A stretch of 63,785 nt of DNA, counting the filler, from Nemertoderma westbladi (Eukaryota > Animalia > Xenacoelomorpha), in NCBI GenBank assembly GCA_032718475.1. It is 4 parts of 4 records of this genome, joined end to end, with 100 filler letters (N's around TTAATTAATTAA, not from the genome) between each part and the next. Parts side by side here need not be neighbours in the genome. Positions count along the whole stretch, not along the records: positions 54,432 to 63,785 come from JAUCBJ010003940.1; 3 more parts are not named here. The stretch is one strand, 5' to 3'. Every line of letters starts with the position of its first letter. Position 1 is the first letter of the stretch. The position numbers were made by a program, and so were the translations under genes. This document shows, piece after piece, positions 62,575 to 63,785 of this stretch. The notes beneath the pieces are model-generated. The model saw only the letters and a list, made by a program, of their open reading frames with translations, made no database searches and had not been told where the DNA came from.

Positions 62575-63335
62575 AGTCAAAAATATGAATTTGTTTTCCG
62601 GAATTGAGTAATTGTAACTAAAGGTAACAGTAGACAAAACTTTTTTGTGTAAGCTAAAGTTATAATTATAGATCTAAAAGGAAGAGTGCGGAACGTAAGG
62701 TGCGGTAGACTCTGGCAGGTTCGATAGTGATGGATGACTGATGAGCTAGAGTTGCACAGACCACAGATACAATCAATCTCTGGACGCCAACAGTTTTCCT
62801 TCATACAGTACTTTATGGTGGCATCCGTTAGATAGTAGCAAAGCCGCAGACCTGCGGCGATGGCCTGTTACGTTATGGAGATCAACTGCGGCTAAATCAG
62901 GGTTGTCTATAGCACCTACAGTAAGATAGCAGATGTTGATGAGAATTTCGAGACCCCACACCAAAGTTTCGAGAAGAATCCTCGAACTTTGTATGTGTGA
63001 TTTAACGAACCTGGATCTGAGTCTGTAAAAATCGAACACCCATAGGAAACATCGGGCAGAATGACTGTTAACCGCAGTTTCTTAGCAGTCTCAACTGAGG
63101 TCAGCTTATCTTTCGATGCTAGACGCATGCAGGCGGAAACTCCTCCTTGTAGATGCAAAAAAATGACCGGCCGATCCGTTTTTGGTTGAGAGCAGTATTC
63201 CAAGATATTCGAAGGAATTTACGAACTCCAGGGGAACATTTTTGAACAAAATCTTGTCGTTCTTTGAGAGGTGACCACCACGCCTGAATTTGACAACTCT
63301 GGTCTTTTTGAGATTCACTGTCAGACCGTTAACAT
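62575..63335 (-). mobile_element. Non-LTR retrotransposon RT C-terminal fragment (RTE-X-like, tentative)
   Basis: GLTVNLKKTRVVKFRRGG...LEFVNSFEYLGILLS; ILPDVSYGC. Confidence 0.75.
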
Positions 63336-63785
63336 CGGTCTGTTAAATAGAAAACGATATACCATCGAAAAGAGAATCTTCAAAGTACATACAAATTTGC
63401 AAACTTTCTTGACAGGATCTCTACTTGGATAAATATAGTTTTTTATAGGTTTGCCGATTGAGAAAGAATATATTAGACTGAATGTGAATCAAAGTAGACC
63501 CGGAAATCAAGAAGAGAAGTGACACCTTTGAATATGAAGACATACCTATTAGATACCAATTATCAATACCAACGCAATGGTGGATAAGTGACGAAACAAG
63601 CAACCATTGCATACGGGTACTGCAGTTTGAGTCGGTGCCTGTCTGTCGTTCTGTCTGTCGCCTAATGTTAGAATGCTAATAACTTAGTCCTAAAACTAAA
63701 CAAAAAAAACAAAAATTAAACCAAATTTAGTCCATCTAAAACCAAACAGAAATTAAACCAAATTTGTTACACTGTTCATTTCAGT

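Overview
Repeat-dense animal (probably invertebrate) nuclear DNA. It is four contigs joined by artificial 100-bp spacers (44 N + TTAATTAATTAA + 44 N at 23526, 44184 and 54332), so adjacency across the spacers means nothing. The only clear host gene is an intronless endophilin A (56892..58067). The rest is nested transposable elements: BEL/Pao and Gypsy LTR pieces; RTE, CR1 and L2-like LINE pieces; a hAT transposon and MITE; P/THAP, Merlin and TTAA-CCC DNA-transposon remnants; and minisatellites. The most interesting signal is a pair of homologous ~530-codon double zinc-knuckle ORFs: 23643..25229 +, and a cryptic single frame 11488..~13075 - broken by three stops. Each sits in sense orientation just before a polypurine tract and a TGT...ACA LTR, the env/extra-ORF slot of two different LTR elements. 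Other candidates are an LTR containing a tRNA-like Pol III cassette, an RT-less BEL derivative with its own extra ORF, and a PC4-like ORF behind a long palindrome. All family calls come from motif recognition by eye; no database searches were run.
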